Origin: Eledone cirrhosa
Lineage: Eukaryota
Length of the DNA: 64,000 bases
Direction: 5' to 3'
Assembly (NCBI GenBank): GCA_964016885.1
Contig: OZ024741.1
Coordinates: forward strand, 312,976,001 to 313,040,000
Shown here: piece by piece, positions 12,406 to 26,355 of the stretch
Layout of the letters: the number at the start of each line of letters is the position of its first letter
How positions within the stretch are numbered: the first letter of the stretch is position 1
Notes under the pieces: model-generated
Seen by the model: only the letters and a program-made list of their open reading frames with translations
What the model was told of the DNA's origin: nothing
The model's database searches: none
Position numbers and translations under genes: made by a program

Positions 12406-14880
12406 TATGATCTTCAGTGCATACCGCGACGGACTACCTCTGCTCCCGACGACCGCAGCACAGTGTTGCGAAAAGCCAATAACAGCCGGTGAAATACGAG
12501 AAGCGATGGCTAACTGCACGAGGGGTAAATCGCCAGGTTTGGATGGTCTACCCTAGGAGCTATATGCATTTATGCCAGACATGTTCGGTGACCTTTTGCA
12601 GACGTCTACTGCAACTGGCAGCAGAACGGGAGCATTCCCAGTTTTGTGAGCCAGGGAGCGGTGGCGCTGCTGAGAAAAGACCCGAACAAGGGGGAGGTTA
12701 TCGATAACTTTCAGGCCAACAACTTTTCTAAACGCAGAGTTCAAGATTTTGGCCAAGCAGTTAGCAACGAGGCTGGCGTTTGTCGTCGAGGGTCTGGTGG
12801 GAGAGGTGCAGACATGCGCCATTCCGGACAGATCCATACACGACAACCTCCACTTCATGCGATACATCGTTGTGAGGGTGGTTAAGGAACCTGGCACAGG
12901 TCGTGCCCTGATCAACTTGGATCAGTCCAAATCATTCAATAGGGTCGACCATCGGTACCTGGCGGCGGTCCTCGAGGCAGCTGGTATCCGACAAGTTTTC
13001 AGGGTTTGGATCGCTGCGATGTACAGCAACATCTGCTCAGTTGTGTGGGTGAAGGGTCACCTGTCGCAGCCGTTCAATATCATGCGCTCGGTACGCCAGA
13101 GTTGTCACCTCTCCTCCCCCTTGTACGTATTGGCTCTCGAGCCGTTACTGCACAAACTGGGGGCGATGAGGAGAGTCCCACGCGAACTAGAATGCGGGAA
13201 ATCGGAGTCGGCTTAAGTCGACGTCGTCAACGTTCTGGTTTCGTGCACGAGACACGTCCAGATGCTCTACACCGCTCTCAAGGAATACGAAGCGGTAACA
13301 GGAGCAAAGATAAACCAGGAAAAGTGGGTGGGCTTGCAACTCGGCACCTGGAGAGGCAAGCCCACGCCGTCCGAAAGCGTCGTGGGGCGCTGGACGGACG
13401 GACCGGTTAAATTGCTGGGGATCTGGTTCAGACCAGACCTCCAGATGGAGAAAAACTGGAGCAGGGTGACGAGTAGGGTGGCCTCCCTCACCCAGAAATG
13501 GGCCGAGAGGAAGCTGTCACTGAACGGCCGGGCGGAGGTGGCAAATGCGTACATCGCATCCGTCATCTGCTATCGCCTCACCGTCGTCCCTTGCCCCTGC
13601 CCAACTCTCACCAAAATGGAGCGCCTTCTCTTCCGGTTTTTGTGGAAGGGATGCGCTTCCATGGTCAGACAATCGATCTGCTGTCAACACTCGTTGTGTG
13701 GAGGGCTAGGTATGCTATGGCTGATGATGGGCAAACATGCGCTGAGGCTGCAACATCTCTGGTGCTTCCTTGACGGTGAACAAGTGTGGTCGCCGTTCGC
13801 CTGGCACGTTTTCCCACAGCTCGTCTCCTTGACGGAACTGCAGTCCTGGGTCACGAATATACCGAGGGATAGCTCTTGGAAACTGGAATGTCTCCAGGCG
13901 ATCACTGCCCTCTGCCAGCTTGGCACCTGTATCAGCGGAACATCCACCTCGGAGTTCTATAGAGGACTAGTGGAGGGGAAGAGCGACGACGCTCTCGGAG
14001 AGATCCTGCGCGTCGAAGAAAATCAGCTGTTTGCTCTCTTCCGGAGAACTTTCAGAAATCCCTGGCGTGGCAGTGCTACCGGGGAGCTTTCCCGGTTCGA
14101 GATAAGCTCTACACGTACGCAAGTCCCGTCAGCCGAGCCTGTCCAAGATGCGCGCAGAGCGACGAAACCGTCGTGCACGCACTCGTTCAGTGCCCGAGCA
14201 TTGCTGACATGTGGAGCTATGTCAAACAGTTGCTGTCGCGTGTAAGACCGATCCGGTTATCGACTGAGGCCATTGTGCAGATGGGCTCGCCATCTTCCTT
14301 CGAGGAGAGAGGGCAGGTGGTTTTCATCTGCGTGGTGGCCATGGTGAAATAGATTGTGTGGTGGACAAGGTTGAAAGGGTTAAAGACAGACACTTTCTTC
14401 TTCGGCGAATCCCTGAATAAATATTTCAAGTTTCACTTGAAGAGGAAAATCAGGGTGGAGAAGCAAGTGCTGTCTTCTAGTAAGTTTGTTGAAATGTGGG
14501 TTCAATGTAGCGAGAATGGTCCGAGTGAACTGGACCGCTCTGAATATACGCTTGTAGTTTGAGGAACGGGGAAAATATTGAGAGAGGCCGCTTGCCCTGG
14601 TGGTCAGGGAGGCCGTGGTCTTTTGTGTCGTTTTCGCCATGAGAAACTCTCGGAGATTTCCCCCCCTATTGTGGAATTTTTCATTGTTTCAATTTTCATT
14701 TTTATTGTTTATATATATATATATGTTTCTATGTCTTTTTTTTTCTTTTTTTATATAAATAATAAAATATCTTTACACGCACAAAACCCGCATAGTACCG
14801 TCCTGTACCGACCTGTATCGTCTGTAATGTTTTTCTTGATGTCAGCCATTGTGGCCAATAAAGAAATCATTATTATTGTT
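12405..14880 (+). mobile_element. Tx1-type LINE copy C2 (G-like subfamily), 5'-truncated
   Basis: Restarts at MxFSAY..GLP..CCEKPITAGEIREAMANCTRGKSPGLDGLP, matching copy G (44919 on -). Continues through RT and the C-terminus to AATAAAGAAATCATTATTATT at 14857-14877. Confidence 0.87.
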
Positions 14881-15076
14881 AGGCGAGGTTAACTGTGCCT
14901 TTCATCCTTACGGGGTCGATAAAATAAAGTACCAGTAATGCACTGGATAATTGCTGGCCTTGTGCCAAAAGTCCGAGGTTACCTTTGCCTTTCATCCTTC
15001 CGGGGTCGTTAGAATAAAGTACCAGTAATGCATTGGGTAATTGCTGGACTTGTGCCAAAAGTAGAAACAATTACTA
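14881..15076 (+). mobile_element. Two tandem 5'-truncated SINE copies
   Basis: Repeated CGAGGTTA.CT.TGCCTTTCATCCTT.CGGGGTCG...AAAGTACCAGTAATGCA.TGG...TTGTGCCAAAAGT, ending AGAAACAATTACTATT. Confidence 0.85.
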
Positions 15077-16633
15077 TTTTTTGAAGGTGAAGCGACACTT
15101 CTTATCGCCTCCAGTTTTTTTTCCAAAAGTTTTCCTCGGTTTCAACCATTCTAAACCTTTTATTCAAGTTTTAAACTTGATAAAAGTTTAGAAGAAGTGA
15201 CCCACCTAACACAGGGGTTCACTCGTAAATAATACGGCACCCCTTTACGGGGTGTCGTATTATGTAAAAATATTATTTGAAAAAAATATTTCTTTCAACA
15301 TGGATAATACAATAAGGAGAGTGAGAGCGCTGTCAGACACTACACAGAGACGGGGACTTTGTCAACATGTCAACAAGACAGCGTTCGAGCGAAGGTAAAT
15401 ATAAAAGAAAATATTACGGAGGAAAAGAGGTACAATAACATTTTTTGATATTGTTACAGATTTAAAATTACCAACAATAACACCAATAATAACACCACCA
15501 ACAACACCATCAACAACAAAAATAACATCGGTAAGGTCGAGAAGGACAATAATAATAACAACAGCCACAACAACTATAATAGTAGGAACAGTATCAACAA
15601 AAACAACAATAATAACAACAGCCACAATAACAGTAACAACAGCAACAGTATCAACGAAATCAACAACAGTGAGAACAATGACAGCAACAACAGTATCAAC
15701 GAAAACATCAACCATGACATCGATACCTGTAACATTGATCTCAGCACCACCAGCAAGACCAGTACTAGCAGCAATAGTGGTGCCGCTGAAAAAGGGGCCA
15801 CTTCTTTTTGCAGGTGTGGCCCGAAATATCGAAACAGTGTTAATCAGAGAGAAAGAGATGGCAGTCGCAAGGGCCATGGTGACAAGAAACGCCAATAGAA
15901 TTTCCCTGAAACCCCACCCGATTTTTTCAAGGACCAGCAGCTACGGACGGTGACTTACCGCACCTTAAGAAAAATGTCACATCGGGTGGAGAGAGCCACG
16001 GAGGCTCAAATTCAAAAGAGCTTAAGGGTGAGCCTGGGCGCGCAAAACCCACATCAGCCGAGGCAGAAAGTGCGCCACAGTAGACGTAATTTTCGCCACC
16101 CCCCATGATGCGACGTCTCACTCTTTGGAAACCCTAAAGAGTGAGGAGATAGTGATAGTCTTGGTGCCTTCCTACTGCGGGCAGAAAATTGTGAGGGTCA
16201 AAGTGACTCAGACCCGCCCGACGTGTCCATACCTTGGCTGGCCGCGGCTGTACTGGCTGGAATCGAGGAGAAGTCCACCATACTGCAAATAGAGAGAATG
16301 GGAAGAGAGAACTGGTCAGGAATAAGCATGCGAATGCTAATAAAGACTGACCAAGTGTGCATCGATGCCATCCCAGACATCTTAGACCTCGAAGAAGTGC
16401 TACAACTCCCTTAAGCGTGGAAGGAAGGCGCCCAAAGTGCTATCTCTGTGGGCAGTAGGGTCACCTCAGGGACTTCTGCCCGCAGAAGACAGACAAGAAG
16501 AGAGCCCCCTCCTTCAGACGCCTGATCCGCTACGACCAAGAGCAGGGCAGTAAACAGAGGCAGGAGACTTTTCCATGGTCAGTAAGAGAGCAACGTGCGT
16601 GGCACCCATACCAAGGCCACGGACATCTAAAGC

Positions 16634-19600
16634 ACATCCCAACCAACACCATACTTACAGACACAACACCTGCACAAACACAACTAGACTGTACAAATCC
16701 TCCACACACACAACCACACATTTTACAGACTGTACATACTGAACAGCGCTTCCAGCAAAACAGTGAAGCACTTTTAAATACCCATGTACATACAACCCTA
16801 TTAGACGCCCCTCGCCTCCAAGCAGGAACATTGCAATTTCCTATGTACATAATACCCAGAGGCAATCCGCGACGTTAGCCATTTCCAACACTATCGGTCA
16901 AGCCCCCACCCTTACCTATGTAAATAAACCCTGTCCTACCTGTACAAAAACTCTTGAACACCCTAAAACACCCCTAATATGTAAATATTGTAGTCGTGCC
17001 TTCCATCTCAAATGTGCGCCAGAGACAAGATCAAAGCTCGACCGTCTTCGCCAACTAAGTGAATGGATTCGTGTCACATGTCAACAAAATTCCCTAGCTC
17101 CACCTTCTAATACTGCCCCGCAGCCTTTAAACCGATCTAGACCACCGAGAAATACCATTCGTCAACTACGGATTCTTCAATGGAATGCAGACTTCCTACC
17201 GACCAAAATTACAGAATTGAAGCAGTTCATCACCTCCCACAGTGTTGATATCACCTTGATTCAAGAAACGAAACTTGGACTAGAAGACCGGACACCGCAT
17301 ACAAATGGTTATGACACCGTCAGACAAGATCGACCGGGTAGCGTCACAAAATACCATACAGGTGGTGACTGCTGATCTATATACGCCAAGGTATCCAATA
17401 TACCGCCCCCTCCAACGACTACAAGCCCTTTAGAGTCACAAAAATTATCATCCACATGAACAGCAGACGAGATTTCTCTATCACAAATTTGTACTTTCCA
17501 CCGCAGAGGTCGGATTACATGCACTCGACAATGAACAAAGTTGGGCAAACTACCTACCTACAGAAAATGGTCTCATCTGTGGCGATTTGAATGCCCATCA
17601 CTTAACATGGGACGAATTTGCCAGACCAGATGCCAGAGTCGCGACCATACTGAATTGGCTGGAACGTCACGCAAAATCAACGCTCAATAATGGTTCGCCA
17701 ACAAGGGCGGCGCGTTACCAACACGGAGCAGGTGTGAGTACTCCAGATCTTACCATCGTAGATACCGATCTCGCAGATCAATTCACATGGGAAACCATGA
17801 ACGAACTCGCGTCAGACCATCTACCAATCCTAATTACCTGGGGAGCCGATCTCAAAGTGGAAGGACCAAACAGACAGATACGCCGCAACTACGAGAAAGC
17901 TGACTGGTCCACCTTCAAAAAGTGTCTCGATGAAGTAGTATCTCAGGTAACTGAATAAACTTCCCATTCTGACAAGTTGATTGCCCTATCCGTTCTCCTA
18001 AAAAAGGCGGAGGACAAAGCGGTGCAAATTAACGTCGTCCGTCCACGGGAGACACCCTGGATGAATCAAGAACTCAAAAGCTTAATCCGTAAACGTAAAA
18101 AATTGCGGCGTGACATGGGAAGAATCCGTGCTGAATGGATGGAGACCTGCAAAGAAATTGCAAGACTCACAGAAGAATGAAAAAGGGAAGCGTGGCGAAA
18201 TAACTTTCAAAAACTCTCAGACACGAAAGATAGCAACCAGGTATGGGCCACCGTAAAGTCATTATGTGGCAAAGCTTCAGAGTCAACTGGGAAATCTTTG
18301 ACATATAAAGGTACTGTCTACGCCAGCGACCGGGGGAAGGCTGCAGCTTTTGTACCAGCGTATGCCACTATAAGTGGAAGAAAGAGCTACAAAGAATCAG
18401 GAAGCAAAGGAAGACTATTGAAAAGAGAAATGAAAGACCTGATCCTTGCCCCCAGACAAAGGATAGAAGTCGATTTCACCCTGGATGAACTCAACGCAGC
18501 AATTAAAAAGATCGAAGCACGTAAAACAGCAGGTCCAGATGAAATAGCGCCAGACCTTCTTAAACACTTAACCAAATCAATTCAAATTGAACTTTTACAA
18601 ATTTTAAACCATATTTGGACGAACAATTTGTGCCCTCAGACTTGGCGGACCGCGACAATCATACATTTCCACAAAAAAGGCAAAGATCCAGCAGAAGTAG
18701 GGAGCTACCTCCCAATATCACTGACCTCAACAATAGGAAAACTACTTGAAAGACTGATTGCTACCCGTCTGTCATGGTGGCTCGAGGAGCATTCGATTCT
18801 CAGGCCCTGGCAGGCGGGTTTCAGGAAAGGACGCAGTACAACCGATGAATGCCTCCGACTCTCCCAATTCATCTCGGATGGGTTCCAGTCATCGCAGCGC
18901 AAGGCGTACACTCTTGTCTGGAGAACCGGACTACTGCAGAGCATGCTCAGGCTTGGTGCTCCCCTACGTTTTGTTGAATGGCTGTCGACATGATTCGTGA
19001 ACTGCACCGCGAGAGTCCGTCTTAACTCAAAGACAGGTAGGAGCAGAATGTTTAAAGAAGGCCTTCCACAAGGGGCCGTCCTGTCTCCAATCCTCTTCAC
19101 GGTCTACATAAATAGCCTCCTAGATGGGTTTAAATAATCTACGCCCGTCAGCGCCTACGCAGATGATCTGGCGATCTCGTGTAACGGAAGGAATAAAGAT
19201 GAATTAGCGGTCCTACTACAAAAAGAGGTTGACAAGGTAGCTGAGTGGAGCAAGGAAGCTAGACTGCAGCTCAATATTAATAAATGCGAGGGCGGTGGAT
19301 TGGCAGTATCGGTGGAGGGTCGGACGTCATGCTTTGACGCATAGAGTTACAGCTCTTTCCATTCTGAGTTCGAATCCCGCCGAGGTCAACTTTGCCTTTC
19401 ATCCTTACGGGGTCGATAAAATAAAGTACCAGTAATGTACTGGGTATTTGCTGGCATTGTGCTAAATGTAGAAACGATATTAATAAATGCGAGACAGCGT
19501 TTTTCAGTCATGATGGAGCAGACGCAAAGTGGCAGAACAGTATCGCAATAGCCGTAAGCCACTTTCTTGTAACCATTTCCCAAAATTCCTGGGCATCACT

Positions 19601-21051
19601 TACGATCGGCAGTTAACATTTGGGGAACATGTCGAGAAGGTATGTCGAACTATCCAATCGAGAACGAACCTACTAAAAACTGTAGCATGAACGACGTGGG
19701 GCTGGAAGAAGGCGGATCTTCGTCAAATCTACACTGCCGTACAACGAAGCATCGCAGAATATGCGGACCCTGCGTGGAGACCCTGGTTGTCTGCCACCGA
19801 TATCAGCAAGCTCGAAAGAGTACAACTAGACGTGGCTCGAGCCATCACCGGCCAAGTCAGAACCACATCGACCGACACTGTGCCAGCATAATCCCTGTTA
19901 CCTACGCTCTCTTCCAGATTTTCGACATTTGCACTGCTTAAAGCTGATCACTGGGCAAACCTACCAAAGACGGAAGCACGGCACAAAGTTTTCAATACCA
20001 GCTGCCGAAAAGGGCTCAAAAAGACAGACTGGAGAGGCACCCAATCCCAGCACCTGGCACGACTATATCTTATCCCCCGACACCCCTACCCAAATACCCA
20101 GAACCTCCCCCATGGCTAACCCCTTCCCTCATACATGTAAACTACACCAATACCTAAAAGTCCCAAAACGCAAACCAACAACTGACGGCAACCTTAGACA
20201 CCATATCAACCCTCGCTCCGTCAGATGTTCAAATCTACACCGATGGGTCTACAAAAGAATGTACTACCGATGGTGGAGCTGGTATGGTCATCATGAAAGA
20301 TGGTGGGGTCGTCCATGAGTGGCGTACAGCAACAGGCACTAGAAGTAGCTCCTTTTACTCAGAAAAAGCTGCGCTTAGAGAACCCATCCACTGGTTACAA
20401 ACCAATAACGCAAAATGGACTTCGGTGACCATCATCTGCGACTGTAAATCTCTAGTTCAGGCAATCGACAACTCTGCCCCCAAAGATCCCACTATAACAG
20501 AACTCCAGGCAGCATTTAACAACCTCGGGGAAGACAAAAACCTAACTGTTATATGGGTCCCTGGTCACTGTAATCTACAAGGGAATGAACTAGCAGACAA
20601 ACTCCCAAAGCAGGGCTCCTCACTTCCACAACCTAACACCCCTGCTGACCATGCCACGAGACAAGCTCTAATCAAAAAGGAGTGTAGACCAGAACCCTTC
20701 ACCCACAAGAGAACTATCCAAACCTTCAGCAAACCGCCGGACGAGAGAGTTGAAAACGCTATAGACAAGGCTGATCTCACCCACCTTATCCGCTTCAGAA
20801 GTGGGTACCATCCAGCAATTCGCAGGTGGAAGCTATTGACTGACAAATGTGAAGACAGCACTTACAGACTCTGCGGTGAAGAGGAGGAGGTGTCTGAACA
20901 CCTCTGGCTACGATGTCCTGCATTGGCGATCGAGATATACCATCACCAACTGGGCACATCCTTAGAGGAATTAGTCCGTCTCTCAGTCGCATCGCTAGCG
21001 CTTTTGAGGAGAATCCTCAGGCGCCTGAGGTGAATCAACAACCACAACAAA
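16634..21051 (+). mobile_element. Ingi/I-group non-LTR retrotransposon (PHD finger-APE-RT-RNase H-Cys/His finger), degraded
   Basis: PHD-like CPTC..CKYCSRAFHLKC..W..TC (16932-17082) is in frame with APE LQWNA..IQETKL; later GDLNAH, TPDLT, SDHLPI. RT AGPDEI, PISLTS, QAGFR, GLPQGAVLSP, YADD. RNase H IYTDGS...ICDCKS..WVPGHCNLQGNELAD. Stop at 21033, then a (CAA)n-like tail. Confidence 0.88.
19291..19476 (+). mobile_element. SINE inserted in the Ingi RT region with a 17-bp target site duplication
   Basis: Full SINE flanked by ATATTAATAAATGCGAG at 19274-19290 and 19477-19493. Confidence 0.92.
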
Positions 21052-24000
21052 ACCAACAGTCAAAGTAGCCACACCGGCGGCAACATCGCCGGAGAGGGCT
21101 CCACTACCACCACCAACAGCAGTGGAGCTCATACCCCTCCCAGATGCCACGGAAATTCACATGGAGTATGAGGCGTGAGGGAAGAGACAAACGGTCTGCC
21201 ACACAAAACAAAAGAGGAAAAACACTTAGCTTCACCCTCCAAAAGTGAAGGCAGACAAAGAGGGGTAAAGACTACAAGGAGTCTTGCAGCAACACCACCA
21301 CTATCACCAACACAAACATCACCGCCAACAACAACCACACCACCACCAGCATCACCAAAAACACCAATATCGCAAACACAACAAAACACACACACCCAAC
21401 AGCAATAACAAGAAAACAGCAACAACATCGCCCCTTCCCACAAAAGGTACACAGCCATAAACATGGCAAATAAGGAACTCATACAACATATAAAGCATCA
21501 CACATACATCACAGAAAAAAACTACTACATCCCACCAACACCAAGAACTCTCCCGATAAATATAAGCATCACTGAAATCAAAATAGAACAGTACACGCTT
21601 TTAAAACAAAAATTCGCCAACGTAGTTGGAGACTACAGAGGGTCGGTTACCAAAAGGATATACACTGACATCCTCTCGGAAACACCCATCACCAGTTAAA
21701 GGAATGGTTCTACTGTCCCTCCACCACACGATCAAGGTAAGTGACCCTTTCTCTCTTACCCCGTTTCTCATCCAACATCGCCGTACTTAGAATAGGCAGT
21801 ATAAATGTACGTGGCCTGGAGTCATCTTGGAAGGAGGGTCTCCTGCTCAACAACCTTGGACACTAAACATAGATATGGTGGCCATCAGCGAGACCAGAAT
21901 CTCCGAAGCACGAGCCTTGGCACCGATCTTCGGCGGCTACGATCTATACGCATCTCCCAGCCGTCCAGCATCGGGGGAGGGGTGGCAGTGCTTCTTCGGC
22001 GAGGCTTGGATCTCGCCATACGGGCCATCTTCCTGGACCCAGAAGGTAAGTCGGTGGTGCTGGACATGACCCGCAGCGAAGCTAATGCTTTCATGCTAGT
22101 AGCCGTCTACGCCTCAACTGGGGCAGGACGGTCAGTTTTCTTCAAACGTGTAGAGACCTTTCTTGGAACGTCCCGCTTTTTAGAGTTAGTGGGTGACTGG
22201 AACGGCATCTTAGATGCACGCGGGGATTATGTGGGGCTAGTAGACAGGACAGGAGGGTGTAAAAGCCTCAACATCCTGCTCAGACGTTTTGAAATGTCTG
22301 GCAGGTATAAACTGGATTATCCGAATGTGCAAATGTGGACATGGGCAAACCGCATCGGGTCATCCAGATCGTATTTAGATAGGGTATTCTGTAGGGAAAC
22401 AGATAAGGCTGTAGTTTGTCCACAATTTAAAGTAGTCGACTACACGGACCACAAATTTGTGATCTGTGAAGTTGACTTAGATAGACTCAATAGGCAAGGA
22501 CCCGGCTACTGGAAGCTGAACGCGTCTTTCCCGGTGCGCAAAGCTTACAGAGACCGGATTAGCGAATTAGTTAATCGTGCGTTGACGTGTGCGATCGACA
22601 ACAACAGGTTGTGGTTCGCCCTGAAAAAGGCTATTAGAGTAGAATCGATGAGGTTTAGGAAAGGAGTAGTGATAGAGGAAAATAGAGTAGAGGGAGAGTT
22701 AGTTAGAAAGCTTGAAGAGGTGTTTAGGACAGACATCGCAAGCGACGTTCCTTGCGGCGAGATTGGCACTCGACCAATTCTCTAACGCAAAGCATGAAGG
22801 CTGCGTTGTCAGAGCTAGAGCGCGTGCTCTAAGACACGAGGGGACGAAAGCCGTTCAATGAGCCGTAGTGGTGGAGGCGCGATGTGGCAATAAGTCCACA
22901 ATTCGGTCTTTGTCTGATCAAAACGGGCAATGTGTGCGGCTTTTCAACAGCACTTTGCTCAATCGTTCGGGAGCGGCGGCGGGCCGGATCGGAGTATGGA
23001 CTTCGGTGCATAATTCGACAGACTGCCTCGGCTCTTGAGGACCGCAGCGCAGTGCTACGAAAAGCCGATAACAGCAGGTGAAACACGGGAAGCGATGTCT
23101 GACTGCACGTGGAGTAAATCGCCAGGTTTAGATGGTCTGCCCTACGAGCTTCATGCGTAAATGCCAGAATTGTTGGGCGACCTCTTAGCAGATGTCTGCT
23201 GCAACTGGCAGCAAAACGAGAGCATTCCCAGTTTTGTGAGCCGGGGAGCGGTGGCGCTGCTTAGAAAAGACGCGAACAAGGGGGACATTATGGACAACTT
23301 CAGGCCATAACCTGAGTTTAAGATTTAAGATTTTGGCAAAGGTGTTACTAGAGATTGGCACTAGTCGTCGGTAATATGGTAGGAAAGGTGCAGACATGCA
23401 CGATTCCAGACAGATCCATCCTCGGCAACCTCCACCTCATGGGATACATCATAGAGGGGTGGTTAAGGAACATGGCACGGATGTGACCCTTGTCAACTTA
23501 GGAATTTGATAGGGTCGACCATCGGTACCTGGCGGCGGTCCTCGAGGCAGCTGGTTTCGGGCCTATTTTGACGGGTTGTATCACTGCGATGCACAGCGAC
23601 ATCTGCTCATTTGTGAAGGTGAACGGTCATCTGTCACAGCCGTTCAGAATCATGGGCTCGGTCCGTCAGGGTTGTCCCCTCCCGTCACTCTTGTACGAAT
23701 TGGCCCTAGAGCCATTACTGCACAAATTGGAGGTGATGAGAGACGTCCCACGCGAACTGGGATGTGGGAGATCCGTATCGGGTTACGCCGACTACGTCAC
23801 CGTTGTGGTGTCAGAAACCGGACATGTCCAGATGCTCGGCAGCGCTCTCATGGAATATGAATCAGTGACAGGAGCAAAGTTAAACCATGAAACGTCGTTG
23901 GGCTTGTAGCTCGGCACCTGGAGACACAAGTCCAGGCCGTCCGACAGCGTCGCGGGGCGCTGGACGGAAGGACCGGTTAAATTGCTAGGGGCTGGTCAGG

Positions 24001-25332
24001 TCCGGACCTCCAGTATGGAGAAAAACTGGAGCGAGGTGACCTCTCTCACACAGAAATGGGCTGAGACGAAGCTGTCGGACAGAGCTGGCGAATGCGTTCA
24101 TCGCATCCGCCATCTGCTACCGCCTAACAAAACTCTTCCGCTTTTTATGGAAGGAAAGTGCTCACATGCTCAGACGATCTATCTGTTGTCAACACCTGTT
24201 GCACGGAAGGCTGGGCATTCCGTGGCTGATGGTGCGCAAACACGCGCTGAGCCTGCGACATCTCTGGTGCTTTTTGAAGGTGAACAGGTATGGTCACCGT
24301 TTGCCAGACGTGTTTTTCACTAGCTCGTCTCATTAACGGAGGTGCAGTCCTGGATCAGGAAAAGACTGAGGGATAGCGCTTGGAAGCTAGAATGTCTCCA
24401 AGCGCTCACAGCCTTCTACCTTCTGGGCACTTGTATCGGTGGAACACCCACCTCGGCGTTCTATAGAGGACTATTGTAAGTGAAGAGTGACGACGTTCGC
24501 GAGCACATCCTGGCGTCGAAGACGATCAGCTGTTCGTTCTCTTCAAGAGATCTTTCAGGTCGGCGTCTATGGACAACTTCCAGAAATCCCTGGCCGGCAG
24601 TGCTACCGAGGAGCGTTGCGGTTCGAGATAACCTCTACAGCCACGGAAGTGCCGTCAGCCGAAAATGTCCGAGATGCGCACAGAGCGACGAAACCGTTGT
24701 GCACGCACTCGTTCAGTGTCCGAGCATTGCTGACTTCTGGAACCATGTCGAACATTTCCTGTCACATGTAGGACGGATCCGGTTATGGACTGAGTCCATT
24801 GAGTAGATAACCCCGCCGTCCTCCTTCAAGGAGGAGGAGGGGCAGGCAGTTTTCATCTGCCTGGTGGCCATGGCGAAAGACATTGTACGGTGGACAAGGT
24901 TGAAAGGATTGAAGATGGACACTTTCCTCTTCGGCGAATCCCTGATTAACTTTTTCAAATTTCACTTGAAGAGGAAAATCAGGGTGGAGAGACAAGTGCT
25001 GTCTTCTAGTAAGTTTGTTGAAACGTGGGTAAAAGTGGCGAGTCTGTTCCGAGTGAACGGGCCCGCTCTGAGTATGCGCCTGTCGACTGAGGATTGGAAA
25101 ACTGAGAGAGGGCTTTGCCGCCGTGGTCAGGGTGGCCGTGGTCTCTTGTGTGGTTTTTGCCCGAGTGACCCTGGGAAATTTCCCCCCTATTGGGGATCTT
25201 TACTATTAGTATTTTTTTGATATTTGTATCTTCTTGTTATAACCTTTTTTACACGGCCAAAACCCACCCTGTATCGTCCTGTACTGTTCTGTGCCATCTG
25301 TTATGTTTTTTTTCTTGTTAGCTATTGTTGCC

Positions 25333-26315
25333 AGGCACCTGGAATGTTGCCAGGCACCCACTGCCCTCTACGAAGCTGGTAATGCGATCAGTGGAACTTC
25401 CACTCTCGAGTTCTATAGAGGATTAGTGGTGGGCAAGTGCGATGACGCACTCGGAGAAGCTTTGGGCCTCGACGAAGTCGAACTGACCAGTCTGTACCAG
25501 AGGACTTTTGAGCCGGGGACGATGGACAATTTCTAGAAATCCCTCGCTTGGCAGTGCTACCGGGGGGCACTGCCGGTTCGGGATAAACTCTACAGGCACG
25601 GAAGTCCTGTCAGGCGGACCTGTCCAAGATGCGCACAGAACGACGAAACCGTTCTCCACGCACTTGTCCAATGTCCGTGCATTACTGACTTGTGGAGTTA
25701 TATCGAACAGCTACTGTCACGTGTGGAACGAATCCGGCTATCGGCCGAGTTCATAGTGAAGATCGATCCACCGCCTTCCTTAGGTCAGGAAGAGCAGGAA
25801 AGTTTCCTCTCTCTCTGGTGGCAGTTGCAAAAGATATTATATGGTGGACGAGGTTGAAAGGACTAAAGAGAGACACTTTTCTCTTCGGCCAATCTCTCAG
25901 CAACTTCTTCAAGTTTCACATGGAAAGGAAGGTGAGGGTGGAGAGAGAAGTGCTGCCCCCCAGTACATTTGCTAAAAGGTGGGTGAATGTGGCGAGAATG
26001 GCTCGGGTGAATGGGCCTACTCTGACCATGCGCCTATAGGCTAGCTAACTTGAGGAGAGGGGTGCTCTCCCTGGGTGCCCCAGAAGCGCAGGGTGGTTCA
26101 GGATTGGTGGGGTACCTGAAGCAACCCAGAGTCGTACACACCCAATCGGGGAATTTATTTTGTTATATTTATGTATAGTTTATTTTATATTTTTATATTG
26201 TCATTGTTAAATTTGTCTTGCCATTGTTCACTTTTACTCAACCTTATTGTAAACCCCACTGTCCCTGTCTTTGTATTGCCCCCTACATGTCGGCCCTGGT
26301 GACTAATAAATGAAA

Positions 26316-26350
<35 letters not shown>
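25333..26350 (+). mobile_element. Tx1-type LINE copy E, 5'-truncated, third type of 3' UTR
   Basis: ORF2 C-terminus (LECCQA...FYRGLV...MDNF; CPRC...HALVQC; ...RVNGPTLTMRL*), a distinct 3' UTR, then AATAAATGAAATC(ATT)n. Confidence 0.87.

Positions 26351-26355
<5 letters not shown>

Larger units (their letters stand above)
15078..25332 (+). mobile_element. Tx1-type LINE copy D (distinct subfamily), near full length, interrupted by an Ingi-type element
   Basis: 5' UTR, then ORF1 from ATG 15300 with Asn/Ser-rich repeats and knuckle CYLCGQ*GHLRDFC (~16438-16480). ORF1 resumes ~21052. Degraded ORF2 spans ~21780-25090; the 3' UTR breaks off just before AATAAA. Confidence 0.85.

Noticed and set aside
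15362-15895. Hydrophobic membrane-protein-like ORFs on the strand opposite ORF1 (also 917-1204, 1855-2418, 46450-47079, 47702-48050)
   Set aside because: They are antisense readings of (AAC)/(ACC)-rich ORF1 low-complexity sequence.
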